A stretch of 64,000 nucleotides of DNA from Deltaproteobacteria bacterium (GCA_011526105.1 WYAZ01000052.1:5419-69418); one strand, 5' to 3'. Shown: positions 1 to 10,221, numbered from the stretch's first letter. Numbers and translations: made by a program. Notes: generated by a model from the letters alone, not told the origin.

Positions 1-1
1 C

Positions 2-361
2 TTTCACAACGCGATCTATCAGTATCTCTACACCGACTTCGAGAACTGGGAGCGTGAGAAGACCTCCGACGTTCTGAACCGTCTCACCGATCGACACCGG
101 CTCATCTTCGTTGGGGATGCCTCGATGGCGCCGTGGGAGCTGTTCACCAAGGCCAGCGGCATCGGACAAGCCGCGCCTTCGGGCCTCGATTGGTTCACGG
201 CCTTCAAGCGAAAGTGCCCGGCCAGTGTGTGGCTGAATCCCGATCCGGAGCGTTGGTGGAACCATCCGACGGTATCCGCGATTGGCAACGTCATGCCCAT
301 GCATCGGCTCACGCTCGATGGCTTGCGAGATGCGATCCGCTATCTCAAAGCGCCCACCTGA
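2..361 (+). CDS. VWA/CoxE-like protein, C-terminal fragment (5' end outside window)
   Basis: The reading frame is open from nt 2 and reads FHNAIYQYLYTDFENW...LIFVGDASMAPWEL...RYLKAPT, stopping at TGA 359-361. This resembles the C-terminal end of VWA-containing CoxE-like proteins. Confidence 0.45.
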   Translation, partial: FHNAIYQYLYTDFENWEREKTSDVLNRLTDRHRLIFVGDASMAPWELFTKASGIGQAAPSGLDWFTAFKRKCPASVWLNPDPERWWNHPTVSAIGNVMPMHRLTLDGLRDAIRYLKAPT

Positions 362-435
362 AGTGCGCTCTCGCCTGGAAGTGGCGAAACCGGATATGCT
401 CCGGCCGCATGCTCGGGTGGCAGCAACACACCAGC

Positions 436-1836
436 ATGGTGCTCCTCTTCGGCGTGGCCGCTTGTGTCGACACTGCGGGCATCTCTGCGCCCGACCTCGA
501 GCCGAGCACGCGCTCCGTTCTATGGATGGCGCGGTCGGACGACTCCAAGACGGCGACTGGATGGCTCGCCACCCGTGAGAGCTACGAACGCGACGGCCTA
601 CCCCCGCTCATTGTGCGCGAAGGAGAGCGGTTCCCGGATGTCTGGCTTCACTTCTTTGATGAGACCCTGGAGGTCCTCGGCCAAGAACCCGGGACCGTCG
701 AGTTTGTGGACGCAGGGGCCTGCGGTGCGGAGGGCATCCCGGTGGCTCGAGCGCGCTACGCTCTGCAGGACCGTGAGGGTGTCTTCGACTTCGCGCGGCG
801 TGCTCCCGAGCAGACCGCGCCAGCGACGCACTTTGCGGGCCCGTGTCCATGCGACGATGAGCCGGAGTTGCGGATCGTTTCGCTCCCCGGGACTTGCGAT
901 GCCGATATGAGCTTCTTTGGGCGCGGGCAGGTCCTCGCCGCGACGCAGGACGGAGATCGCTGCGAACCGAGGTCGGGCCGCACCGGCGGGTGGGCACTGA
1001 TCGACTTCGAGTCGGGTCGGGTGACCAGAAACTCCGAACCCCAGTTCTTTGCGACATCGACCTTTTCCATCGAGGAGGGCGTCGCCTACTGGGGTGATCT
1101 GGAGGGGCAGCTCCATCGGGTCTCGGGAGACGTGACGACCGAGCTCATCTATCGTCCTTCCTTTGCCGCGGGCGCGGTCGAATCGATCGTGGGGGCTCGA
1201 GTGCAGGGGCAGGTGGAGCTCTTCGCGGTCATCACGGTCCCTCGCGATCCCGAACCGAACGCGCCAAGAAAGGCGGATCGCCTCGTTCGGTTCCGTGAGG
1301 GCGAGGGCGTCATCTCGGAGCTCCTCTCCCCGGAGCCGGCGCCTTTTGGGACTCGACAGCTCCTCGTGTCGCTCTGGCTCAACGACACGCGCGCCGTCGT
1401 GTTCCCAGAGGACGCCCGAAGTTGGCTCGACGTCGGTCGCAACGAGCTTCAGACCTACGACTGGCCGCTGGTCGCGTTTGCCGTCCGCGCGGGTGCGGTT
1501 CTTCCTAGCGGCCAAGCCATCGTGGGGACGATCGACGGGAGCTTTTTCCAGCTCGACGGCACCGACTGGACCCCCATGCCCGAGTTTGCAGGCTCGCGCA
1601 CGGAGCCGGGCGACGTCGATGCGATCGCGTCCGTGGGCGAAGGAGAGGTCTGGTATCACATCTCGGCCGGGAGGAAGTTCCTCGGGCGACGCATCGGGGA
1701 GACGGTCTGCCCGCTCATCGAACTCTCTCACACGCTAAAGAGCGTGGAGATGATCGCGCGCGACGGGCACGTCGTCCTCTGGGGCGAGCGGACCGATGCG
1801 GCGGGAGTGGATGTCCTTCACTTTCGCCGACCGTGA
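436..1836 (+). CDS. hypothetical lipoprotein
   Basis: The long ORF has in-frame ATGs at 409 and 436, and MVLLFGVAAC carries a lipobox-like signal. No recognisable catalytic motif. The start is uncertain (133/409/436). Confidence 0.45.
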   Translation: MVLLFGVAACVDTAGISAPDLEPSTRSVLWMARSDDSKTATGWLATRESYERDGLPPLIVREGERFPDVWLHFFDETLEVLGQEPGTVEFVDAGACGAEGIPVARARYALQDREGVFDFARRAPEQTAPATHFAGPCPCDDEPELRIVSLPGTCDADMSFFGRGQVLAATQDGDRCEPRSGRTGGWALIDFESGRVTRNSEPQFFATSTFSIEEGVAYWGDLEGQLHRVSGDVTTELIYRPSFAAGAVESIVGARVQGQVELFAVITVPRDPEPNAPRKADRLVRFREGEGVISELLSPEPAPFGTRQLLVSLWLNDTRAVVFPEDARSWLDVGRNELQTYDWPLVAFAVRAGAVLPSGQAIVGTIDGSFFQLDGTDWTPMPEFAGSRTEPGDVDAIASVGEGEVWYHISAGRKFLGRRIGETVCPLIELSHTLKSVEMIARDGHVVLWGERTDAAGVDVLHFRRP

Positions 1837-1864
1837 CGGAGGAGGAGGAGAGGCTTCACTCACT

Positions 1865-4132
1865 TCACTCTGCGGGGGGCGCCTCGGGCAGTCGCAGGTC
1901 GCGCCAGTTGGAAGGGAAGTTCAGCCGGCTCGCCATGGACTCGAGCTCCGCCATGTCCGACACCCCGTTGATGAGCATCTTGAGCCGCATCTCGGGCTGC
2001 ATGTGCGGGTTGAAGGAGGAGCGGGCGTTCCAGTCGAGCGGTCCGCTCGCGGCCCAACCGAAGTCCGGCTCACCGCTCAAGAAGCCCTCGTTGATGATCT
2101 TGTCGTTGCTGTCGAGCTGCACCCAGCCCTTGAACGCGGAGTTCATTCCGGTGCCATAGCCGCTCTTGTAGAGCCCGTCGATGTGCACCAGCTTGTCGCC
2201 CGCCTCGCGCTTCAGCTGGCCCTCGACCCCGAAGACCTTGCCCTTCATCCACTCGGGGTTGTCGGTGCCTTCGTGCACGGTGGCATCGACCCGATTCAAC
2301 CAACGCATGCCGTTCGAGACGATGACGCCCGTGGCGTTGTCGGTCGCGTACATGCCGTGGTTGGACTCGATGAACTTCAGGTACTCGCTGATCTTCATCT
2401 CGTGCTCCATCTCACCGGAGATGGAACGAACCGAGCTCGCCTTGTAGGACTTCGTCACGCCGCCGCCCAGGTTCACATGGACATCGCCGAGGATGGGGTG
2501 AGCGTCGCTGTTCTTCAGCACGAGCTTGCCGTCGACGGTCTCGGCACCGGCGAAGGAGATGTCGGTCAAGAGCTTGCCCGACTGATTGTACGAGCTTCCG
2601 TCGACCACGACCTCGACGGTTCCAGTCGCGGGATCCTTCGTGATGGAGACGACGTCCTGAAGGTCAATGAGCGACTTTCCGCCGTAGCTGGTCTCGAGCT
2701 CGATGCTCCCTCGGATCGGATGGCTGTCGGTGTTCTTGACCGTGATGTTGTCTCCACCGGACTTGATGGTGTTCGCGTCGACTCGAAGAACCATGCCCTG
2801 GATCTTGCCAGTGACGTTTCCGTGGCCCGAGATCAAGAGCTGAGCCGGCTCGTCGTTGAAGCGGTTTCCGACAAACCGGGTGCGGCCCGCCATGTCTGAG
2901 AGATCCACATCGAGCAGCTTCTGTGCGTCGTCCTTCGGGATGGTGATGATCTGACCGTTCACCTCGATACGGACGTCGCGGTCCACGTTCGGGATCTCGA
3001 ACATGCTCTTGTAGAGCTTGCCGGCAGTGTTCCGGTCACAGAAGCCCCACCAGCCCATGTTCATGGAGCCGTCGACTTTGCCGTCGCCCTTGGTCATGCC
3101 CGAGCTGGTCTTGATGAGGCCGATGACGTCCTCCGCCTTGACCTCCTCGCCGCTGGCGTTCTTGAACGTGGCCGACCATGAGACCGCGGTGCCTGATGCG
3201 TCTCGCTGGATCACCTTCTCGGCGGTGAGCTGGTTGCCGTCTTTGTCGTGGGGCACGATGCGGTCGCCCTGGTAGGCGTAAGCACCCACCGGGTTCGCAA
3301 AGCCCTTCAGGGCGTCGATGGGGAACTCAAAGCCCTTCTTCACGGGGAGCTCGGAGATCTCCGCGTCGCCCGGGAACAGAAGTTTTCCCCAGTTGAGACC
3401 CGAGGTCGAGAATGGAGAGCGCTCGCTGAAGCTGCCGTGCTTCGTGTGTCCTGCTTCGCCGCCCATCATGTACGCGAGCACCGGGTTCTTCTCGAACGCC
3501 TCGGCGCCTTTGCTGAGGCCCTTCGCCTCGCGGTACAGATCGACGTAGCGCATGGGCTCCGCCATCTTGCCGTCCATGGAGAGATAGGTCGTCTCCTTCT
3601 TCGGCCCGGCGTCGGGGAAGGAGAGCTTCACCTCACTCGTGTTCATGCCGAGGATGCGGGCCAAGGTGGCACGAGCCGCGGCGAGGTCGCTCGCCACGGC
3701 GTGGACCGTGTTCGCCTCCATACCGAAGTCTTGGTAGAGCTTCGGGAGCGCATCGAGCTCGAAGAAGGAGCCGTAGTCGCGGTTCTCGAGCACGGCCTTG
3801 ATCAGATCGCGCTCGGCCGCCGAGATCGCGCGCGCGCCCGCGGGGGAAGGCGTTCCGTCCAGGTTGTGGGCGCGTGCGTAGTTCACAAGGGCGGCCACGC
3901 CATCGAGCGTCACTTCGTCGAGGCCTTCGTGTGCAGTTCCGTCCGCAGGGTTCGAGCTATTCCAGAACAGCTTGAAGAGCGGATAGTCGGTGAGGCGGGC
4001 ATGGTCGAAGGTCTCGGCCACGGCGGTGTCGGTGTTCGTCTCGGGGGTGGTGGTCGGCGCGACCGTGTTCGGCTGCGCGACCGCCATGCTGGTCATCGCG
4101 GGCACTGCGGCCAGTCCGGCCATTACACCCAT
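1865..4132 (-). CDS. secreted hypothetical protein (~755 aa) with a possible transglutaminase/papain-like G-F-C-D motif
   Basis: A signal-peptide-like MGVMAGLAAVPAMTSMAVAQP begins at the ATG at 4132. Residues upstream in the ORF are R/P-rich junk. The protein is K/N/D-rich, unlike its neighbours, and contains GWWGFCDRNTAG. Confidence 0.5.
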   Translation of the reverse strand: MGVMAGLAAVPAMTSMAVAQPNTVAPTTTPETNTDTAVAETFDHARLTDYPLFKLFWNSSNPADGTAHEGLDEVTLDGVAALVNYARAHNLDGTPSPAGARAISAAERDLIKAVLENRDYGSFFELDALPKLYQDFGMEANTVHAVASDLAAARATLARILGMNTSEVKLSFPDAGPKKETTYLSMDGKMAEPMRYVDLYREAKGLSKGAEAFEKNPVLAYMMGGEAGHTKHGSFSERSPFSTSGLNWGKLLFPGDAEISELPVKKGFEFPIDALKGFANPVGAYAYQGDRIVPHDKDGNQLTAEKVIQRDASGTAVSWSATFKNASGEEVKAEDVIGLIKTSSGMTKGDGKVDGSMNMGWWGFCDRNTAGKLYKSMFEIPNVDRDVRIEVNGQIITIPKDDAQKLLDVDLSDMAGRTRFVGNRFNDEPAQLLISGHGNVTGKIQGMVLRVDANTIKSGGDNITVKNTDSHPIRGSIELETSYGGKSLIDLQDVVSITKDPATGTVEVVVDGSSYNQSGKLLTDISFAGAETVDGKLVLKNSDAHPILGDVHVNLGGGVTKSYKASSVRSISGEMEHEMKISEYLKFIESNHGMYATDNATGVIVSNGMRWLNRVDATVHEGTDNPEWMKGKVFGVEGQLKREAGDKLVHIDGLYKSGYGTGMNSAFKGWVQLDSNDKIINEGFLSGEPDFGWAASGPLDWNARSSFNPHMQPEMRLKMLINGVSDMAELESMASRLNFPSNWRDLRLPEAPPAE

Positions 4133-4550
4133 GACGGGTCGGCGGTGGGTTCTGTAGAGATTGCTGATCCAGCCGGCAAAGCCGTTGGCGGGAGGGGTCG
4201 CGGGTTGCTCCGTGGTATTCGCGCGAGGCAGGCTCCCGCTCGGGGCGGGCGTGGTGCTGCCGCCGGAGACGACGGTCAATCGGGGGCTGTCCACGACTGG
4301 CGTCCTCGTCACTCCGCTGCGCAAGAAGGGTAATACCGGTCGAAGCACCATAATTCGAAACCTCCCAGCCAATCCTCGGCTCGCTGGTGTTATCGGAGGC
4401 CAACGTAGGGAGGTGTGGGATAATATGAACCGATCTGGGGTCGCTGCCAGCCGTCGGAGGCCAGGCTGTGATCTCGAGCACAATCACGTACCCCAAGTGA
4501 TTGATCTCCGGTCGCGTGTGCTCGGCCTCCGCCCGACCTATTCTCCGCGG

Positions 4551-5945
4551 ATGCCGGCCCTTCACGAGCTCAGCGCCTCCGCCCAGGCCCAGGGCATCGC
4601 CTCGCGCAGCTTCTCCGCGGTCGAGCTTCTCGAGGCGCACCTCGCACGCATCGAACGACTCAATCCCGCGTTGAACGCCATCGTCACCTTCGACCTCGAA
4701 ACGGCTCGCGCCGTCGCTCGTGCAGCCGATGAAGCTCTGGCGCGCCGAGCGCTGGTCGGTCCGCTGCACGGGGTGCCTTTCACGCTCAAGGACTGCCACA
4801 CCACGTCGGGCCTCCGAACCACCGTTGGGTTTCCGCCGCTCTCCAATCACGTGCCGACGGAGGATGGGACCGTGGCGCGTCGCATGAAGGCCGCAGGCGG
4901 GATCCTGATAGGGAAGACGAATGTTCCGCCGCTGCTCGGAGGACCTTACACCGACAACCCGATCTTTGGACGGACCAACAATCCGTGGAATCTATCGCGC
5001 ACACCGGGTGGTTCGAGCGGCGGGGCGGCCGCCGCCGTCGCCGCCGGTCTCGTCCCCATCGACATCGGTAGTGACGCGCTCGGTTCGGTGCGCCTTCCCT
5101 CGCACTTCTGTGGGCTGTTTGGACTCAAGCCCTCCGAGAGACGTGTCTCCTTGCACGGACATCTCTGCTTTGGGGACGTGCCCGGCAATCCGCGCGTCTG
5201 GCGGTCGATCTGCACCGTGGGCCCGCTGGCGCGTAGCCTCGAGGATCTGGAGCTCGCCTTCGACATCCTCAGCGGGGCCGACGGCTTCGACACCGAGCTG
5301 CCGCCGCTTCCGGCGCGCCGTGTCCCGACGCCCGAGCTCCGTTCGCTGCGCGTAGCCTTCGCGCCCACGCTCCCAGGGGTGCCGGTGGCGCGGGAGCTCC
5401 GCGAGACCGTCGAGGCGCTTGCGGGGACGCTCTCGGGACTCGGGGCGCGCGTCGAAGAGAAGCTACCCGCGCTCGACTACGATGACGTGTTTCAGAGCGC
5501 CTGGCAGCTCATTCAGCTCGTCGGTGGCTCGCCCGATGCCATGGAGGAGGAGCCGACTCCGCCGCGCATCGTCGAGTTTACGCGCCTCTTCGACCGTCGG
5601 GACCATCTCATCCGCACCTTCGACCGTTTCATGGAAGACTGGGACGTACTTCTGCTTCCGGCCTCGATCTCGACCGCCTTTCGTCACGCGGCTCCGCGAG
5701 CGCCGATCGAGGTCGACGGCGCGAGGGTGGACTACCGGCACTCGGCGCATCACTGCCTCCTCTTCAACCTGAGCGGGCAGCCGGGGGTCGTGTTGCCGAG
5801 CGCGCTGAGTTCGGACGGGCTCCCGATCGGTGTGCAGCTCGTCGGTCGTCGCTGGGAAGACGAGCGTCTGCTCGCGGCGGCCCGCGCGATCTCGGAAGTG
5901 ACGGGGCCCTTTAGGCCGCCGCCCGAAACGCCACCGCTCAGCTAG
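4551..5945 (+). CDS. amidase (amidase-signature family)
   Basis: It carries the GGSSGGAAAAVAAG amidase signature and a conserved KDCHTTSGLRTT...GKTN region. The ATG at 4551 (MPALHEL) follows a junk-like N-terminal ORF extension. Confidence 0.8.
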   Translation: MPALHELSASAQAQGIASRSFSAVELLEAHLARIERLNPALNAIVTFDLETARAVARAADEALARRALVGPLHGVPFTLKDCHTTSGLRTTVGFPPLSNHVPTEDGTVARRMKAAGGILIGKTNVPPLLGGPYTDNPIFGRTNNPWNLSRTPGGSSGGAAAAVAAGLVPIDIGSDALGSVRLPSHFCGLFGLKPSERRVSLHGHLCFGDVPGNPRVWRSICTVGPLARSLEDLELAFDILSGADGFDTELPPLPARRVPTPELRSLRVAFAPTLPGVPVARELRETVEALAGTLSGLGARVEEKLPALDYDDVFQSAWQLIQLVGGSPDAMEEEPTPPRIVEFTRLFDRRDHLIRTFDRFMEDWDVLLLPASISTAFRHAAPRAPIEVDGARVDYRHSAHHCLLFNLSGQPGVVLPSALSSDGLPIGVQLVGRRWEDERLLAAARAISEVTGPFRPPPETPPLS

Positions 5946-8900
5946 AGACGGGTGGGGCGCTTTGCGCGTCGGCGGCTCGTTTGGCTTCCGCGTCCAGGCC
6001 TTCGATCATGGCCTCACAACGGCGATCGAGCTCCGCCATATCTTCGGGGTGTGCATCTCGGAAGACAGGTTCGGGATCCTTCATCACGTCGACGGCGGCG
6101 ATGACCATCGCGCTCGAGGTCCACTTGATCCACTCCCACTGGATGGAGGTCATGTCGTTGAAGTTGGCGGGCAGACCGTCCGCGATGACAAATCGGATGG
6201 TACCGTCGTTCAGGCGATAGATCCACGTCTCCTGGCCGTTCACCTTCGCCGCCAACATGCGCTGCAGATGCCCGGCGTCATCCGTGGACAGCTCGTGCAT
6301 GCCCGGGATGTCGACCTCGACCAGCTTCGAGGAGGCGGAGACGTAGATGGTGCCCGGCTCGGAGGCCATGATTCGCTTCTGATCGAGCGTGAGGAAGCCC
6401 GAACATCCGATCATCATGAACTTACCCTTCTCGATGTCTTCCTCGCGCTCGAGTAGCGTGTAGCCGTGTTCCTTGGCGTGCTGGCGCAGCTCGGGGGTGG
6501 GGTTCTTGTCGAAGACATAGAGCTTCGCGCCGCTGCCCTGCATGGCGACAGTGACCGCTCGGCCGATGGAGCCCGCCCCGAGCACCAGCACCGGCTTCTC
6601 CTCGATGCTCTTTCCGAGCTGCGTCATCACCGCGGTCACCGCCCTGGCCACCGCTTGGCCGACCCGCGGGGCTTCCTTCTCTTGTTTGTATTTCGTGCGC
6701 GCGATCGATCGAACCGCGAGATCCCTCATCGCGCGTTCCTCGGGGTGGTCGCCGTTGGCGGTCTGCTCCACGCATCGCACCACCGGTTGCCCGTTCGGTA
6801 GCTTCGCCTCGAGGAGCTCCGGGTACTTCTTTCGCAGGTACTTTCGCGCATGCGGACCATCACAGACGATGAGCACGGGAAGCCCATTCTGCTTGTGACG
6901 AGCGATGGAGTCATCGACCGCCTTCTCGATGTCGCGCTGCAGGCCGAGCATGTCGCCCTTGGGTCCGAAGCGCACGTCCATGTCGAACGAGCGCACGAGG
7001 GTCTCCTCGACCTCTTCATTGTCGTGGTACGGGATGCCGACGAAGATCGCCTTCTTTGGGTCGACCCCCAGGTCCATATAGGCCTTGGTCGCCGGATAGG
7101 AGTTGGCCACCATGTGCTGGATGAAGCACACGTTGGCGTCCTCGAGCGGCTGCTCGGCCTTGTACTTGTCGACGAAAAACTGCAGGTCCGGATCCCCCAT
7201 GGGGATGCGGGCACAACGCGCGAGCGACGATCGCAGCGCCTCGTTCTTGAAGACGTCGAGCTCGAGGCGCCCCACCACACTGGTGTAGCCAAAGATCAGC
7301 GATTGGAAGCGAGCCAGGTCGTTGGTGAAGGTCGGCTTGGCCATCAGATGCTCCATGAGAGCGTCGTGCACCGCCGGAAGATCGAAGCGACGGATGCCGT
7401 CGATGACCTTGGCGACCGAACTCGCGGCCTCGGCGGAGATCTTCCGGCCATCCCGTCCGTCGAACTGAGGGCTCGTGAGGAGCGATGCGATGGTCTCGAC
7501 GTCGAGGTTCTTCACCGCCGGATCGTTCGACATGATGCGTTCGATAGCGCGGTGTGCATCGAGGAGCTCGGAGCTCGAGCCGGCCTGCCGAGGGGGGAGA
7601 TTCTGCGGCAGCGGCGTCGATCGCTCGAGACCCGCGGCGGTCTCGATCCTGATGTCTCGGCTTGGGAGCGGGAGCAACTCGATGACCAATCGGAGCAGGG
7701 CGACTCGGTAGGCGTCCTGAACGCCCTCCACGAGCTCGGGCGGCAGCTCGTCTCGTCTTGCCTGCGCGGGGGTGGCACCGACGCTCATGTGCGCCTGCGT
7801 ACTCTTCACCATATGCTTCAGAACCAGATCCCCGATGCGCTTGGCGCCCGCCTCGCCGATCTGCGCGCTCGCCATCCGAAGCAAGGTCCCGAAGGGCATG
7901 CGCCCGGTGGCGCTCGGGCCTTCGACCTCGGGTTTTTCGGTCCACGCGGGGATGAAGTCGTAGGCCTTCTGAAGGAGTCGAACATCGTCGGCCGAGAAGT
8001 TGGGGTAGACCTGGCCGAAGCTCGGATCCACGAGCTTCATGATCTCGGCCACGTTCTCGAGCGACGCGCCAGGCCAGATGTTCGCCATCGTGTTCGCCAA
8101 CCGATGTCCGAGCGCGAGGTTTCGCTCGGCTCTGCTGCGCTCGATGGTCACGCCCGGAAACAACTCCGGAAAGCTCGCGGTGAGCCGCAGGATGAGATCC
8201 TCGGTGTACACCGGATCTTCCGCCTTCATCACCCGCGTCATCTCGACCAAAGAGAGCTGGCCGATACCGCGGCCGAGCGTGCTGGCGAGTTGCTGCGCCA
8301 TCCTCCGCTCTACCCCGTCGCCGCGCGCCGAGAGCAGTCGATCGAGCTCCTTCGCGATCTGAGGGTCGCCGGTGAGATAGGAAACGAGATCTTCCGCGCG
8401 AAGTGTGGCCTCGGGCTTCGGCGGCTCGGGGAAGATGGCGTCCGATTGAGATCGATGGGTGGAGGTCCAGCCAAAGCCCCAGCTCTCGTGCTTGGACAAG
8501 GGCACCGCCGCTTTTGCTTTGGTCTCGAAGCTGGCGACGACACCCTCGACCAACTCGTAGAGGTTCTGATCGGGCCCAGCGGCCTTGAGGGTGTCGAGGA
8601 TGGCGCCTCGGAACTTCTGACGCCGCTCCTCCAGTTCAATCGCGCCGCTGTCCGCCGGGTTCTTCTCCATGATCTTGGAGACGAGCTCGGGGGTCATTCG
8701 GTACTTCTCGCGATCCTCGTCCGTGACCTTGCGGCTCCCTCGGTTCATGATCGCGGCGTAGTAGTCGAGCGATCGATTGAACTCTTCCGCGATCTCGGCG
8801 GTGCCCCATTGCGGCGGGGCGGCCTGGATCACACGGCGGAGCAGGCTGCTGCCAAAACCCATCGGCGCCTGGCGAACACGCTGCCCTCCGGAGCCGAAGT

Positions 8901-9576
8901 CGTGCCACCGACTGAACTGCCGCACGACCTGCTGGTGATCCGGCAGCCAGTTGCGCGGCAGATCGAATCCGTCCAGTGAGTAGCGCACATCCTTGCCGCT
9001 CTTTTTGGCGCTCGGCACGGTTGCGCCCACTTGCTGTGCGAAGTCGTGGAAGAAGAGATCGAGATAGCCGTCGGTCGTGGGTGTCACCGCGGTGCCGAAG
9101 TTCACTGGAGTGGTGGGGTGGGGCACGATGGACGGATACTTCAGGTGTAAGGCGAGTAGGTCGTCGACCTTCAGGTCCGGATACGCTGCGGCGATCTCGG
9201 GTTCCTGCGAGAGCCGCGCGAGCACCACCGACGGAGGCGCGCCGTACGGCGTAGCGAGCAGGGTGAGACCGATCCTCTTGGCGAGGGATCGTTCCTCCAT
9301 CGCTTTTTCGCCCCGGCTCGTCGCGAGACGGTGGCGGTCGCTGCGCAGGATGGCGTCGAGGAGCTTCGTCGACCGCCCGGCCTTGAGCGTGTTCTCCTGA
9401 GGTTTCTCGAAGGCCGACCGAAGCGGTATGCTCTCGTCCGTGACCTCCTTCGTCTCGGGACGATCCTTCGAACTCGTGATGGTCGCGTTGTCGGCGACGG
9501 GGGCGGCGACCTTGGTCCGTCCCCCATTTTGGATCGGTCCCGCCAAGGTTCGCCCATCTTGGGGGCACGACCTCAT
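5938..9576 (-). CDS. large hypothetical protein (~1200 aa) with a C-terminal NAD(P)-binding Rossmann-like domain
   Basis: The C-terminal region reads KPVLVLGAGSIGRAVTVAMQGSGAKLYVFDKN (GxGxxG followed by an acidic residue after beta2). The annotated ORF runs to 10020, but its first ~150 aa are R/G-rich and antisense to a better-looking + ORF. I therefore chose the internal ATG at 9576. Confidence 0.5.
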   Translation of the reverse strand: MRSCPQDGRTLAGPIQNGGRTKVAAPVADNATITSSKDRPETKEVTDESIPLRSAFEKPQENTLKAGRSTKLLDAILRSDRHRLATSRGEKAMEERSLAKRIGLTLLATPYGAPPSVVLARLSQEPEIAAAYPDLKVDDLLALHLKYPSIVPHPTTPVNFGTAVTPTTDGYLDLFFHDFAQQVGATVPSAKKSGKDVRYSLDGFDLPRNWLPDHQQVVRQFSRWHDFGSGGQRVRQAPMGFGSSLLRRVIQAAPPQWGTAEIAEEFNRSLDYYAAIMNRGSRKVTDEDREKYRMTPELVSKIMEKNPADSGAIELEERRQKFRGAILDTLKAAGPDQNLYELVEGVVASFETKAKAAVPLSKHESWGFGWTSTHRSQSDAIFPEPPKPEATLRAEDLVSYLTGDPQIAKELDRLLSARGDGVERRMAQQLASTLGRGIGQLSLVEMTRVMKAEDPVYTEDLILRLTASFPELFPGVTIERSRAERNLALGHRLANTMANIWPGASLENVAEIMKLVDPSFGQVYPNFSADDVRLLQKAYDFIPAWTEKPEVEGPSATGRMPFGTLLRMASAQIGEAGAKRIGDLVLKHMVKSTQAHMSVGATPAQARRDELPPELVEGVQDAYRVALLRLVIELLPLPSRDIRIETAAGLERSTPLPQNLPPRQAGSSSELLDAHRAIERIMSNDPAVKNLDVETIASLLTSPQFDGRDGRKISAEAASSVAKVIDGIRRFDLPAVHDALMEHLMAKPTFTNDLARFQSLIFGYTSVVGRLELDVFKNEALRSSLARCARIPMGDPDLQFFVDKYKAEQPLEDANVCFIQHMVANSYPATKAYMDLGVDPKKAIFVGIPYHDNEEVEETLVRSFDMDVRFGPKGDMLGLQRDIEKAVDDSIARHKQNGLPVLIVCDGPHARKYLRKKYPELLEAKLPNGQPVVRCVEQTANGDHPEERAMRDLAVRSIARTKYKQEKEAPRVGQAVARAVTAVMTQLGKSIEEKPVLVLGAGSIGRAVTVAMQGSGAKLYVFDKNPTPELRQHAKEHGYTLLEREEDIEKGKFMMIGCSGFLTLDQKRIMASEPGTIYVSASSKLVEVDIPGMHELSTDDAGHLQRMLAAKVNGQETWIYRLNDGTIRFVIADGLPANFNDMTSIQWEWIKWTSSAMVIAAVDVMKDPEPVFRDAHPEDMAELDRRCEAMIEGLDAEAKRAADAQSAPPVSS

Positions 9577-9600
9577 CTTGCCCAGTAGAAAGCTGGTCTC

Positions 9601-10101
9601 GTGAACACCAGCGGCTTTGTGAGACTGCTCGTCTCCGAGGGGAGGCCGGAGGAGCCCACCGCCTCGGTCCGAGTGGAGGAGGAAGATTCCTTCACGGTCC
9701 TTTCTGCGCCCCCCGACATCCCAGAGACGGGACCTCACCCGATTCGGGTCATGACCGAGGCCTGGCAGGCCGAGCCACACGCGATTCCGAGCCTGAGGAA
9801 ACACGGCCGCTCCTGGCTCTTGATCCTGCACGATCTGGAGAGCGAGCCCTCGACCACCGAAGCGGTGTTGCGCCAGGGACTCGAGCTTCTGTTTGCTGAA
9901 GCGGAGCGCGAAGGGGTCGAGAGCTTGGACATTCCTCTTCTGGGCGCGGTCCACTCGGTCATCCCTGCGACCCGAGCCGCCGAGCTCCTCCAAGAGGTGC
10001 TCCTCGGCCGCTGGTTTCATAGGCTGAAGACCGTGCGCGTGCGGGGTGGGCCGTTCCCGCCTCCGAAGGCCCTCCAGACCGATGCTCCGGAGGAGCCATG
10101 A
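9601..10101 (+). CDS. hypothetical protein (166 aa)
   Basis: The protein-like composition (MNTSGFVRLLVSEGRPEE...SLDIPLLGAVHSVIP) is better than that of the overlapping antisense frame. It is divergent from the 5938..9576 gene. Confidence 0.4.
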   Translation: MNTSGFVRLLVSEGRPEEPTASVRVEEEDSFTVLSAPPDIPETGPHPIRVMTEAWQAEPHAIPSLRKHGRSWLLILHDLESEPSTTEAVLRQGLELLFAEAEREGVESLDIPLLGAVHSVIPATRAAELLQEVLLGRWFHRLKTVRVRGGPFPPPKALQTDAPEEP

Positions 10102-10221
10102 AGCTACCTATCTGGCTGTGATCACAGCCATTCTGGTCTGATACGACGTCCGACCGACCGCCCGCAGGGCCCGGTTGATCTTCATTCCACCCAGGGCGCT
10201 TAATGTAGGCCCTCCGCCCTG

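Noticed and set aside
598-1731. Long antisense or alternative-frame ORFs inside annotated genes. Examples are 598-1731(-), 1796-2899(+), 3248-4333(+), 6850-8979(+), 11817-14933(-), 14993-16414(-), 38137-39933(-), 40449-41153(-), 49779-50660(-) and 53358-54662(-).
   Set aside because: Their translations are R/G/P/A-rich with no motifs. They lie opposite or out of frame to ORFs with clear conserved domains. Such shadow ORFs are expected in ~70% GC DNA.
4161-4550. N-terminal 130-codon extension of the amidase ORF
   Set aside because: The translation (MLIQPAKPLAGGVAGCSVVF...) is not protein-like. The region is the AT-rich divergent intergenic region. The conserved amidase begins at ATG 4551.
9577-10020. 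N-terminal 148-codon extension of the large minus-strand ORF
   Set aside because: It is R/G-rich, low-complexity, and antisense to a more plausible + ORF. The internal ATG at 9576 was chosen instead.
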